From positions 32,001-96,000 of the forward strand of contig CAVUDW010000003.1 of assembly GCA_963740355.1 (NCBI GenBank): a stretch of DNA of 64,000 bases, in the 5' to 3' direction. The first letter of the stretch is position 1, and each line of letters opens with the position of its first letter. This DNA is from an uncultured Gemmatimonadaceae bacterium. GTDB taxonomy: Bacteria > Gemmatimonadota > Gemmatimonadetes > Gemmatimonadales > Gemmatimonadaceae. The notes beneath the pieces were generated by a model, which worked only from the letters and a program-made list of their open reading frames with translations, searched no databases and was not told where the DNA came from. Of the stretch, positions 1 through 10,568 are shown piece by piece. The translations under genes and the position numbers were made by a program.

Positions 1-508
1 CGTTCGGGCAGGCGTCACGCAATGCGTCGAGCGATGGCCGGAAGTTGGCGGTCGGGAAGGTGTAGGTCACGCGACCGCGCTTTTCCGTCGCGATGATGAT
101 TCTGAGTGTCGGCGACCGAAGTATGTGCCGCTGAATGAGTTCACGGAGCTCTGGCGCCGGAACGAAGGCACCCGTGTTGGCCTTGGTCGCCTGCCAACGT
201 GCATCACGTCCACGCGCTGAATCCGATTCGACCCGCACGCGGACGTCGGCGGCCATGTCGGACACGAGCCGGTCGCGTGTACTGATGAACGCCTCCAGCT
301 GGCGCGCCGTACAGCGCATCACGAACTGCACCACTTCCTCCTCGGCCACGATGCTATCGGCGCGCTCGCGGACGACAGTCGTGACCGTCGGGGGGCGGCT
401 ACCCGCTGCGGGCTCGACCGAGACACGCCACTGAGCGGTCAGGAGCGCCGGCGTGAGCGGCATGACGAGGGCGGCGACGACGACGATGCGGAGTGACGCT
501 GCGCGCAT
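1..508 (-). CDS. Secreted hypothetical protein, 3'-partial (loosely VasI/TagO-like two-Cys domain)
   Basis: Stop-free frame from ATG at 508 to the window edge, not in the ORF track because it is truncated. N-terminus MRAASLRIVVVAALVMPLTPALLTAQ looks like a signal peptide; contains 'VMRC' and ends 'LDALRDACPN'. Confidence 0.6.
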   Translation of the reverse strand, partial: MRAASLRIVVVAALVMPLTPALLTAQWRVSVEPAAGSRPPTVTTVVRERADSIVAEEEVVQFVMRCTARQLEAFISTRDRLVSDMAADVRVRVESDSARGRDARWQATKANTGAFVPAPELRELIQRHILRSPTLRIIIATEKRGRVTYTFPTANFRPSLDALRDACPN

Positions 509-524
509 GGAGTGGGCCGGATAC

Positions 525-553
525 GACAACGACCCCTTGGCGGGGTCGTTGTC
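525..553 (-). terminator. Hairpin downstream of tRNA-Ala, probable intrinsic terminator
   Basis: Perfect 12-bp stem GACAACGACCCC/GGGGTCGTTGTC with a 5-nt loop, 19 nt past the tRNA 3' end. Weak U-tract. Confidence 0.6.
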
Positions 554-572
554 TGACACTGCTTGAACCTCA

Positions 573-645
573 TGGAGGTCCGGGGACTCGAACCCCGCAC
601 CTATTGCTTGCAAAGCAATTGCTCTACCAGATGAGCTAGACCCCC
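573..645 (-). tRNA. tRNA-Ala(TGC)
   Basis: Reverse complement GGGGGTCTAGCTCATCTGGTAGAGC-ATTGC-TTTGCAA-GCAAT...GGTTCGAGTCC..GACCTCCA. Cloverleaf, TGC anticodon, G3:U70 alanine identity pair; CCA is not encoded. Confidence 0.97.
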
Positions 646-670
646 AGATCGTGCGTTCCTGCGAGGGGGG

Positions 671-699
671 AGAGTACTAAAACTGGTCCGCCGCTTCAA
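671..699 (-). promoter_or_regulatory. Sigma70-type promoter of tRNA-Ala
   Basis: Minus strand TTGAAG-17 nt-TACTCT, about 25 nt upstream of the tRNA. Confidence 0.65.
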
Positions 700-781
700 G
701 CCCCTTCCCCACCCTCAGCCGGAAATTTCACCGTTGCCTCATGTCTCCGGCCAGAAACCGGAGACACGTGGCAGAGGGGAA

Positions 782-2128
782 CTACTCGTGCGCGGGCAAC
801 GGCTCCATCGTGCGGACATCGACCGGGATCTGCACTTCATCGCGGTACTTCGAGGTCATCCAGCTGATGCGCAGACGCGGGAAGGCTTCGAAGAACTGCG
901 TATAGCAGGTGATCCAGATGCCGAAGTACATGGCGGCCATGCCCAGCTCCTGCCAGCCGAACGGCACACCGTCAGTCGGAACGCCATAGAGCGACGGATA
1001 CACTTCGATGTAGCGCTGCAGGTATGTACCGAGCAGCGAGACGATCGCGAACAGGATGTTGGTCGGCAGGAACATCTTCGCAGCCTTCGAGATCAGGCCG
1101 GGGAACGGCGCCACGAACACCAGCATCAGCACTGTGAACGAGACCGGGAGCCATGGATCGATGAGGCGGAGGCGGAAGAAGTGCGTCTCTTCGCCGATGT
1201 TGCCGTACCAGATGATCAGGAGCTGGGCGAAGGTCGTGTAGCCCCAGAACGCCGTCCAGGCAAAGCGCAGCTTGCCAAGATCGTGGATCTGGAGGTCGCC
1301 GAGCACTTCGTACATGGTCGGGTTGCTGAAGTGCTTCCGCCACATGAAGAAGATCAGGCTGAAGCTCATCAGGAAACCGAGGATGCCGGTCATGAAGCTC
1401 CACCAGCCCCACAGCGTCGAGAAGAAGAACACATCGAGCGCCATCGACAGGTCGTAGTGCAGCAGCATCCATCCAAAGCCGAAGATGATCGCCATCGCGA
1501 CCGCGATCTTTCCCTGAATCGAATGTTGGTTGTGCAGCTCGCGGCGTTCCTCGCCCCAGCCGGCGCGCATCCGTGCCCGGAGCCCAGCACCCCACTTGGC
1601 GCCCGACTCAGGAAGCTGTGCGACGTCAATGCGAAGCGAGTTGTACACGAACCAGAGCTGCAGGGCGTACAGCAGGGTCAAGATGCCTATTTCTCGCAGA
1701 GCGAAAAATGCATGACTCCCAAGCCAGAACACCTTCTCCGAATTTGGCAGGCTGGCTGGATCAGCGACCCACGGGAAGATGTGTTTCCCGCCGATGGTGA
1801 CACTGAGCACCAGGAAGAGCCACGAGACCGGCAGGAACGCGGCGTATCCTTCCATCAAGCGCGCGATCGAGCGCGACCAGCGCGCCGTCACGATGCGGAA
1901 GATGGCGACGAACATCACGGCGCCAGAGCTGATCGCGCTGAAGTAGAGCCAGTGATAGTGGAACGCGCGCCAAATGCGGTCCGGTGATGTCACCAGACCG
2001 GCGGCGAACGCCCCGAAGCCGACGACCATCGAGACCAGCGCTGACGTCTTGATCCACGACGCGATCGGCTTCGATGAGGCCGCGAGGAGATCCGCGCGGG
2101 GCGGATACGTGGGATTGTGAATGCTCAC
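782..2128 (-). CDS. actF: Alternative complex III membrane subunit ActF
   Basis: 448-aa polytopic NrfD-like protein with HDLGK..F..FWGY..FAQ.LIIWYGNI.EET motif; last gene of the act operon. Confidence 0.88.
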   Translation of the reverse strand: MSIHNPTYPPRADLLAASSKPIASWIKTSALVSMVVGFGAFAAGLVTSPDRIWRAFHYHWLYFSAISSGAVMFVAIFRIVTARWSRSIARLMEGYAAFLPVSWLFLVLSVTIGGKHIFPWVADPASLPNSEKVFWLGSHAFFALREIGILTLLYALQLWFVYNSLRIDVAQLPESGAKWGAGLRARMRAGWGEERRELHNQHSIQGKIAVAMAIIFGFGWMLLHYDLSMALDVFFFSTLWGWWSFMTGILGFLMSFSLIFFMWRKHFSNPTMYEVLGDLQIHDLGKLRFAWTAFWGYTTFAQLLIIWYGNIGEETHFFRLRLIDPWLPVSFTVLMLVFVAPFPGLISKAAKMFLPTNILFAIVSLLGTYLQRYIEVYPSLYGVPTDGVPFGWQELGMAAMYFGIWITCYTQFFEAFPRLRISWMTSKYRDEVQIPVDVRTMEPLPAHE

Positions 2129-2862
2129 TTGTGCTTCCCCTGCTCCGCTGCTGGCTTGGCGGCCGGCAATTCACCGGCTGGCTGTGGTGCAACTTCTGGC
2201 TTGGCGCTCGGATGCCACATCGGTGCCGGGCGCGTCGGCGCAGTCTTGGTGTAGGTCGGAATCGTCCAGCCGGTCTGGCCCGGGTACCCGAGTGGCCCGA
2301 TAGCCACCGTGCGCCCAAGCTTGCCCTGCAATCCGCGGACGTAGTTCACGACATCCCAGCGATCCGGCTCTTCGATGCGATTGTAGCTCGGCATCGATCC
2401 ACGACCGTTGCGCAGCATGCCGTAGATGTAGCCGTCGGCACGCGCCTTGGTCATGTCGGTCATGAGGTTGATGCCCGGCACGCCGTACTTGGTCGCAGGG
2501 CCATTGCCGATTCCAGCATCACCGTGACAGACGGCGCAGTTCTGCTGGTAGTAGCGATGCCCGTTATTGATCGACGAATCGAGTTCGGCCGCCGTCAACT
2601 TTGCCGGGTCCTTCGGATTCGGCACGACGGTGAACGAATCGATGACGTTCGGCAAGGCGGCGTAGCTGAACGTATAGCCGGGCGTCTGCAGGCCTGTGAC
2701 CGGCACGGAGTTCACCGGCTGACCGCGCGGGGCGATCGTATCGGCAACCGAGTCCCAGGGCTGGATGGCCGGCTGATCCTTGAAGTCGGTGAACCACGAG
2801 CAGGCACTGAATGCCATGGGCATCAATGCAATCGCGGCCACGCGAAGCGACTTAACGCTCAC
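2125..2862 (-). CDS. actE: Alternative complex III monoheme cytochrome c lipoprotein ActE
   Basis: Lipobox AFSAC, single CAVCH heme motif, distal Met in GSMP, 'DRWDVVNYVRGLQ'. Confidence 0.88.
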   Translation of the reverse strand: MSVKSLRVAAIALMPMAFSACSWFTDFKDQPAIQPWDSVADTIAPRGQPVNSVPVTGLQTPGYTFSYAALPNVIDSFTVVPNPKDPAKLTAAELDSSINNGHRYYQQNCAVCHGDAGIGNGPATKYGVPGINLMTDMTKARADGYIYGMLRNGRGSMPSYNRIEEPDRWDVVNYVRGLQGKLGRTVAIGPLGYPGQTGWTIPTYTKTAPTRPAPMWHPSAKPEVAPQPAGELPAAKPAAEQGKHK

Positions 2863-3351
2863 CGCGAACCTCCACAGCCCCGTGGGCCTTCAAGATGCTC
2901 TCGAGTTCCCCGAACTTGTCGGGCGTGGTCTCGATCCAGATACCGTAATCGCCATGCGTGAAGCGCTTGTCGAATCCGAAGTTCGTCACCAAGCGCGGGA
3001 TGCCCGCGTTGATGAACATGCCGGCCACCGTGCTCAGGCAGCCGACCATGACGAACATCTCGAACCCCATGATCGTGTACGGAATCCAGCTGGCGATCGC
3101 CTTGCCGCCAACCTGCAGCGACCAGTACTGCGAGCACCAGATGGAGATCCAGTAACCGAACGTGACACCACACGTCGCACCGATCAGCGTGAACACACGG
3201 ACCACGCTCGTCGGCGCATCGATCGCGTCGTCGATCTCATGCTGGATGGTCGGCGAATAGACCGTGACCTTCGGCACCTTCTTGGCCTTCAGGTCCTTGA
3301 TCGCCGCGCACACTGTATCCAGCTGCGGGAATACTGCCAGGACGCCCTGCA

Positions 3352-3352
<1 letters not shown>
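2852..3352 (-). CDS. actD: Alternative complex III subunit ActD (DUF3341)
   Basis: 166 aa, two TM helices, YSP and VGGK...FE motifs; lies between actC and actE. Confidence 0.88.
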
Positions 3353-4752
<1,400 letters not shown>

Positions 4753-4757
4753 TCGGG

Positions 4758-7700
4758 TCAGGCCTCGACCGTGTGATTGATCTTCTTCAGATAGACCACA
4801 GCCGTGTAGGTGTTGAGCACCTCAAAGACGTGGTACGCTCGCTCGTCCTCTACCTGCTTCGCCACCGTCCATGTCGGATCGGCCGCGTCACCAAACGTGA
4901 TGGCCTTCGACGGACAGGCCTGGGCACATGCGGTGGTGAACTCGTCGGCCTGCAGCGGACGATGCTCGAGATCCGCCCGCGTCTCGGCCTCGCGAATGCG
5001 CTGCACACAGAACGTGCACTTCTCCATGACGCCCTTGCCGCGAACCGTGACGTCCGGGTTGAGCTGCATCTGCATCGGCTCGGGGAACGCATACTGGCGA
5101 CGACCCGGCTCGCCGTAGCCGAACCAGTTGTAGTAGCGAACCTTGTACGGGCAGTTGTTGCTGCAGTAGCGGGTACCGACGCAACGGTTGTAGACCTGCA
5201 CGTTCAAGCCGTCCGGCGAGTGATACGTCGCGTACACCGGGCACACCGGCTCGCACGGCGCGTTGCCGCAGTGCTGGCACATCATCGGCACGAAGCGCGT
5301 GTCGAAGCCGGGGTCGAACACATTCTCGGCGTCGTCGGCACCCTCGAAGTACCGCTCGAGGCGAATCCACGCCATCTCGCGACCCTTGAGGATGTTGGCA
5401 CCGGGACGCGTGTCCCAGACGGTCGGCGACAAGGCGCGCCCCTGCCAGCTGGCACCGACGGTCGGGATGTTGTTTTCGCTGTAGCAGGCCGTGACGCAGG
5501 CCGAGCAACCGGTGCATCGGCTGAGGTCGACCGTCATCGCCCAGCGACGCTTGGCCATGCCACTCCAGTGCTTCTCGGAGTACATGCCCTTGGCCTTCGA
5601 ATCCTGGTCGCCGAGGTCACCCTGCGCGTCGTTCGCGACGGGGCTCTTCAGGCCAGGGAGGAACTCATGCGGAGCGCCACCGACGAACTCGTGCTCCTGC
5701 TCGCCCCACTCCTTCGGGCCAAGTGCACCTTCGTGCTCGCCGGCGTCTGCATCGTGCTGCGTCGTGGAGCCTTCATGCGACGCACCACCTTCCTTCTTCG
5801 TGCGACCAGCGACGAGCGCGGCGAGCGTGGTGGCCTGACCGATGCCACGCGAATGCTGACGCGCCGAACCTTCGGTGGTGATCAGATCGGTGTTCTCACC
5901 GGTCTTGGTCACCTTCGCCTTCATGCTGGTATATGCAATCGAGCCAGCGAGTGCGTCGGTGTCGCCAGAGACGAGATCGACTGCATTGATGCCGACGCCT
6001 TCCGCATACCGACCGTAGCCGCTGTGGAACGGAATCTGGCGATCGCTGTCCGGGTTGTACTTCTTGCCGCTCTGGCTCTTGTGGCCAAGGCCGAGCGACA
6101 CCGCGATGGTGTCGGGACGAATGCCGAGGTAGTTGTAGACCGGCAGCGTCACCTTGCCCGCGGCGGTCTCGATCGTGACTAGGTCTCCGCGCACGACGCC
6201 CAACTTCTTGCAGGCCATCGGGTGCATCTCGACCCACGACTGCCAGGCGATCTTCGACACTGGATCCGGCAACTCCATCAGCCACGGCTTGTTGGCACCG
6301 CTGCCGGTGCCGAGCGTCGGCGAGGAGTTGATGACGAGATGGAAGTCGCCCGTGCCCGCGAAGCCAGCGACCGGCTTGCGCGAGAAATCACCGGCGGTGC
6401 GCTCAGCGGCACGCAGCGAAGACGCCGCGGCGACACCCTTCGCGAGGGCGACGGTGTGCGCGCCCTGCCCACCGGGGAAGCGAGATACGATGAAGCTGCG
6501 GTAGTCCTTGATCGCGTACTTCGATGCCAGCGCCGTGTCCTTCTTCGCTGCATCGATCAGCACATCGGCCGTGGCACGGCTCTGGAACACCGGCTCCATC
6601 GTCGCCTGCTGCAGGTGCAGCGTGTTCGGCGTCGGCTCGGCATCGCCCCAGCTCTCGAGGCTGTGGTGATCCGGGAGGATGAGATCGGCGAGTTCCGTCG
6701 TCTCATCCGGCACGTTCGTGAACGAGACCTTGAAGCCGACCTTGGCCATTCCCTCGGCGAACTTGACCGACTTCGGGAGCGTGTGCACCGGGTTCGCGCC
6801 ACGCACGAACAACACGGGCACGGCACCGGCATTCATGCGATCCGCCACGTCGTAGACGGCCGACGTGGGATCGAGGCGCTGATAGATACCGAGCGGTGCG
6901 GCCGGCTTGATCGTGACGCCGACATTGCCGAGCGCCTTGTTGTACTCGGAGACTTCGATGGCGACGGCCGTGGAATCGGCGCTGTTTCCACCTGCGAGCA
7001 ACAACGAACGCTTGGCTTCCGTGATTTCCTTCTTCAGCCCTTCGAGCGTGGCGACGGATACGTCCGACGCTGCGGCCGCCTCGGCGACCGGCTTGGTACC
7101 GCGGAGGAACTGGATGATCGCGAGTTCGGAGCCAGGCTTGCAGGCGATCCACGAATCAGCGTTCAGGCCGGTGAGCGAACGGCGGGCGCCGATGTAGATC
7201 GCGCGCGGTGCACCCTCGACCTTGCCGCGGGCGTCGGCCCACGCGAGCTGCAGCGGGACGCTCGGTCCCCAGCCGTCGAGGAAATCGGCACCGAAGCTGA
7301 CGATGAGCGACGCGGCATCGAAATCGAGCGTCGGCCAAGCGACACTGTACGCTGCCTTGTTGGCGGCGATCGCGGACGCCGGTGCATCAGCGTCATAGCT
7401 GATGTGCGCGGGCATCCCGTAATCCTTCAGCCAGCTGTCGAGGAAGGCCGGGAAGCTGCCGATCTCGTGCTGATTGATGAAGACGGCGTTGCCCGCCTGC
7501 CCCTTGCTGCGCACTTCGCCGAGCTTGGTGGCGAGCGTCTGCATGGCCTCATCCCACGTGATCGGCGTCAGCTGGCCGTTCTTGCGGGCCATCGGCTGGC
7601 GGAAACGATCGGGGTTGTAGAGGCCCTGAAGCGCCGACTGGCCCTTGGCGCACAGGGCGCCGCGATTCAGCTCGGTGTTCGGATTGCCTTCGACCTTGAT

Positions 7701-7937
7701 CGCCCGACCGTCACGTGTCTCGACCAGGATGCCGCACGACGTGGCGCATTCGCGACAGGTGCTGGCGAAATAGTTCGAAACACCAGGAACGGTGTTGTCC
7801 GGGCTGTGAACGTACGGGATCAGCTTCCGCACATTCTCGGTGCTGCACCCGGTCGCGGCGGTCGCCGCGGTGGTGACGCCGAGAATCTTGAGGAAGTCGC
7901 GGCGCTTGACGCCGTTCGCTCCCGACTCAGTGCTCAT
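4758..7937 (-). CDS. actB: Alternative complex III subunit ActB (molybdopterin-oxidoreductase-like domain fused to Fe-S domain)
   Basis: Tat motif KRRDFLK followed by lipobox-like ATGC. C-terminal CTGCSACVTAC, CQHCGNAPCEPVCP, CVGTRYCSNNCP, CTFC..CAQACP. Start set at MSTESG (7937). Confidence 0.93.
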   Translation of the reverse strand: MSTESGANGVKRRDFLKILGVTTAATAATGCSTENVRKLIPYVHSPDNTVPGVSNYFASTCRECATSCGILVETRDGRAIKVEGNPNTELNRGALCAKGQSALQGLYNPDRFRQPMARKNGQLTPITWDEAMQTLATKLGEVRSKGQAGNAVFINQHEIGSFPAFLDSWLKDYGMPAHISYDADAPASAIAANKAAYSVAWPTLDFDAASLIVSFGADFLDGWGPSVPLQLAWADARGKVEGAPRAIYIGARRSLTGLNADSWIACKPGSELAIIQFLRGTKPVAEAAAASDVSVATLEGLKKEITEAKRSLLLAGGNSADSTAVAIEVSEYNKALGNVGVTIKPAAPLGIYQRLDPTSAVYDVADRMNAGAVPVLFVRGANPVHTLPKSVKFAEGMAKVGFKVSFTNVPDETTELADLILPDHHSLESWGDAEPTPNTLHLQQATMEPVFQSRATADVLIDAAKKDTALASKYAIKDYRSFIVSRFPGGQGAHTVALAKGVAAASSLRAAERTAGDFSRKPVAGFAGTGDFHLVINSSPTLGTGSGANKPWLMELPDPVSKIAWQSWVEMHPMACKKLGVVRGDLVTIETAAGKVTLPVYNYLGIRPDTIAVSLGLGHKSQSGKKYNPDSDRQIPFHSGYGRYAEGVGINAVDLVSGDTDALAGSIAYTSMKAKVTKTGENTDLITTEGSARQHSRGIGQATTLAALVAGRTKKEGGASHEGSTTQHDADAGEHEGALGPKEWGEQEHEFVGGAPHEFLPGLKSPVANDAQGDLGDQDSKAKGMYSEKHWSGMAKRRWAMTVDLSRCTGCSACVTACYSENNIPTVGASWQGRALSPTVWDTRPGANILKGREMAWIRLERYFEGADDAENVFDPGFDTRFVPMMCQHCGNAPCEPVCPVYATYHSPDGLNVQVYNRCVGTRYCSNNCPYKVRYYNWFGYGEPGRRQYAFPEPMQMQLNPDVTVRGKGVMEKCTFCVQRIREAETRADLEHRPLQADEFTTACAQACPSKAITFGDAADPTWTVAKQVEDERAYHVFEVLNTYTAVVYLKKINHTVEA

Positions 7938-8004
7938 GCAGTAGTCCTCAATCGTGAAACACGACATGGCGTGATGCGCGGTGCATCACGCCGTGATCAG
8001 ACGG

Positions 8005-8718
8005 CTAGTAGTGGCAGGTGCTGCAGTCGTAGCGAGCCTTGCGCTCGATATGACAGTTCACGCACCAACCCATGTTGAGCGAGGAGTACTGGAAGACCTG
8101 TGTCATCTTCTGGATTTCGCCGTGACAGGTCTGGCAGGTGACGCCGCCGTTCGCGTGACGCGAGTGTGGGAAGTGCACATACTCCGGCACCTTGTGCATG
8201 CGCTGCCACGGTACCGGCTGGCCCTTCGCATAGTACGCGGCCAGCTTCTTGATCTCCGGCTTGCCGGCGGCAACGAGCGTATGGCAGCCCATGCAGGTCG
8301 ACACCGACGGCAGGCCCGGGTCCTGCGCCTTGCCTGCGGAGTTGTGGCAGTAGGTGCAGTTCATGCCGAGCTTCTGCACATGCTGCGGGTGCGGGAACTT
8401 CACCGGCTGTTCCGGTGAATAGTTCTGTGGTGAGCTGGCCCCTGAATAGGCCCACGGGCCCTTCTTGGGGTCGAGCTTGAGGCCTGAGTCCCCGGTGATC
8501 TTGGGGAGGGCCATTGCCTCAGTGTTGTTGCGCACCCCGTCCAGATTCGTGCCGCTGAGGCCCGAAAAGGTTGGGTATGCGAGCGGGTTCGCCGCTGCAG
8601 GCGCCTGCGCGGCGTCAGCCTCGCGGGCGGTGGCACCACTGTAGGCGGACAGTCCAGCCGCGATTGCGGCTACAAGGAAGAACCCTGGAATCGCTGCCCA
8701 CTTCTTCCGCTGCGTCAT
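8005..8718 (-). CDS. actA: Alternative complex III pentaheme cytochrome c ActA
   Basis: Five CxxCH motifs (CTYCH, CMGCH, CQTCH, CVNCH, CSTCH), PEQPVKFPH..H and LNMGWC; N-terminal TM helix. Start set at MTQRKK. Confidence 0.92.
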   Translation of the reverse strand: MTQRKKWAAIPGFFLVAAIAAGLSAYSGATAREADAAQAPAAANPLAYPTFSGLSGTNLDGVRNNTEAMALPKITGDSGLKLDPKKGPWAYSGASSPQNYSPEQPVKFPHPQHVQKLGMNCTYCHNSAGKAQDPGLPSVSTCMGCHTLVAAGKPEIKKLAAYYAKGQPVPWQRMHKVPEYVHFPHSRHANGGVTCQTCHGEIQKMTQVFQYSSLNMGWCVNCHIERKARYDCSTCHY

Positions 8719-8762
8719 TCGGTGAGACCAGTTGAAGTCCGACACCCTGCAGAACGCCCGAC

Positions 8763-8780
8763 ATGTGAAACTTTTCACAA
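8763..8780. promoter_or_regulatory. Palindromic operator (Rex-type TTGTGAAn4TTCACAA, also CRP-type TGTGAn6TCACA) upstream of actA
   Basis: ATGTGAAACTTTTCACAA matches 13 of 14 conserved Rex-consensus positions; 44 nt upstream of the actA start. Confidence 0.65.
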
Positions 8781-8944
8781 GCGTCGGGCACATACGAGAC
8801 CAAAGAAAGCGCGGCCACGAAAATCACGCAAGTCGTTGTGGCATCGCATGGAACACGGCTCACGCCGGTCCTAACGCAAGTGCATTTGCGACAGAGACCT
8901 CTGGCGAGCCGGTCCGGATTCATCCGGACGGGGCCGGAAAAACC

Positions 8945-9745
8945 TTACCCCATAACGCTGCGTGCCGATGCCGCGATGCCGGCGCCAGAGGCCATCGTGA
9001 CTGCGGGCAAGAACGACGAGAGCAGCGAAAACGTTGCCAAAGGGGCCTGAACCAATCGCAGCGGCCAGTAGCCGCCAAAGACGAACCGGTCGCCGCCGAT
9101 GGTGTGGAGCAGGTGCTCGAGGTGGTCCTCGGGAGGGCCCCAGACCCACGCCCAGTCCCAGAAACAGCGCTGCTGTTCGGCCGGCGTCAGCGACCAGTGC
9201 GTCTCCTCGATCAGGTCGCGCCCCGCACCGCTGATCACGACATGGACGCGTGGGTCAGCCCGAACGACCGTGCGGATGTGGCCGGCAGTCAGGTCCCCTG
9301 CCCCATCCATGGGGTGGCGCTGCCGCAGGTCCTCGAACCGGACCGTGAGCTGGAGCACGAGCCCACGCGCCCCGCACGCACCGGCAAGCTGCACCAGCGC
9401 CGGCGACGCGGACCCGTAGCCGAGCTGCATGGGGTAGGCGCGAACGGAAGGTGCGCCTCGTGAGACTGCGTCGTCGAGCGACGCCTCCCAGCCGGGCCAG
9501 TCGGGGCGCACGGTCGGTGACGGCAGCAACACATCGGCGTGCGGCGCCAACTGTGCGTGCAGCCACGCGTTCGCGGGCGCGGGATCGCGATGCCAGGCCG
9601 ACGGGAGCGCGCCAACCCATGCCTGCCCAATGCGCTCCCGGCCCAGTACGCGGACCAGTACGTCTGCGTCGGGATGCGGCAGGTCGCGAAACGGATACGA
9701 TCCGATCCAGGCGCTGACATCGGTGTCAAATCGGAACGCTGTCAT
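8945..9745 (-). CDS. Amidohydrolase_2-fold protein with degenerate metal ligands
   Basis: TIM-barrel-like pattern (DVSAWIG.YPFR, P...P.WPGW, RFED.RQRH, GGDRFVFGGYWP) but no HxH or catalytic Asp; ATGA-coupled to the upstream amidohydrolase. Confidence 0.7.
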   Translation of the reverse strand: MTAFRFDTDVSAWIGSYPFRDLPHPDADVLVRVLGRERIGQAWVGALPSAWHRDPAPANAWLHAQLAPHADVLLPSPTVRPDWPGWEASLDDAVSRGAPSVRAYPMQLGYGSASPALVQLAGACGARGLVLQLTVRFEDLRQRHPMDGAGDLTAGHIRTVVRADPRVHVVISGAGRDLIEETHWSLTPAEQQRCFWDWAWVWGPPEDHLEHLLHTIGGDRFVFGGYWPLRLVQAPLATFSLLSSFLPAVTMASGAGIAASARSVMG

Positions 9746-10554
9746 GCAAACGGGAAGCTGTGTGGGGGAAAGATCCGTACGGCGTTTCGCCAGCAGATAT
9801 CGTCGAGCGCATCCTGTGGCATGCCGATGACCTCGAGTGCCTGCAACTTTGCGAGGCCCGTGCAGAGCGTCAGGTCAGCCGCCCACAGCAGCCGCTGCGG
9901 TCCAATGGCCTCGAGGTAGGCGTCCAGCATGCCGCGATCGACGCCACTGCCGCTCGTGTCGGGAAAGACATTCGGCACATCGCGAATGACGTTGATGGTG
10001 TGTCCCCAGTCGCCGCCACCGCCGATGTGCGCGAGGATGAAGTTCGTCTCCGGATGCCGTCGCGCGAGCCGCACCAGCTCCACCGCATCGCTGGCTTCCT
10101 GCATGCCCCACTCGCGTTGACGGTGCTGCCAGATGTGATGCAACACGGGCATGCCGCGCTTCCCGGCGGCCGCCGCAATGACATCCACCAGCGGATCATC
10201 GGCGCGACGACTGGCGCTGAGCTTCACGCCGATCGCGCCCATCAGCACCCCGCGCTCGATCTCCTGCAATGCGTGCGCGGTGTGATTCGGATTCACATGC
10301 ACGAACGCGCGTACGCGCGCCCGTTCGTCACTCGCGATCTCGTACATCGCGTCATTCCCGGCGACGACATCCGCGGGGGACGCAAAATAGGTGGGCGACG
10401 TGCGCCCCCACGTGCCAAGGATGGATGCGACGTGATAGCTGATGCCGATCGCCTCGCCAGCGCGTAACCGAGACGCGTTGTAGCGCGCAAAGTCGTCGCG
10501 ACTGCCAGCCCAATGAAAGTGGGCATGGGCGTCAATGAGGTGTCGAGGGGCCAT
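9742..10554 (-). CDS. Amidohydrolase_2 family metal-dependent hydrolase
   Basis: IDAHAH, GVKL, PVLHH, ILAHIGGGGDW, LLWAAD motifs. Start set at MAPRHLID. Confidence 0.85.
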   Translation of the reverse strand: MAPRHLIDAHAHFHWAGSRDDFARYNASRLRAGEAIGISYHVASILGTWGRTSPTYFASPADVVAGNDAMYEIASDERARVRAFVHVNPNHTAHALQEIERGVLMGAIGVKLSASRRADDPLVDVIAAAAGKRGMPVLHHIWQHRQREWGMQEASDAVELVRLARRHPETNFILAHIGGGGDWGHTINVIRDVPNVFPDTSGSGVDRGMLDAYLEAIGPQRLLWAADLTLCTGLAKLQALEVIGMPQDALDDICWRNAVRIFPPHSFPFA

Positions 10555-10568
10555 GATTGCGGAATCGG

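Noticed and set aside
525..700. tRNA-Ala as the integration site of a genomic island
   Set aside because: I saw no duplicated tRNA 3' end and no integrase in the window; the downstream side is truncated, so it cannot be fully excluded.
4758..7937. Active molybdoenzyme (nitrate, formate or polysulfide reductase)
   Set aside because: Fusion to the Fe-S domain and the actA/C/D/E/F context identify ActB; cofactor binding cannot be shown from sequence alone.
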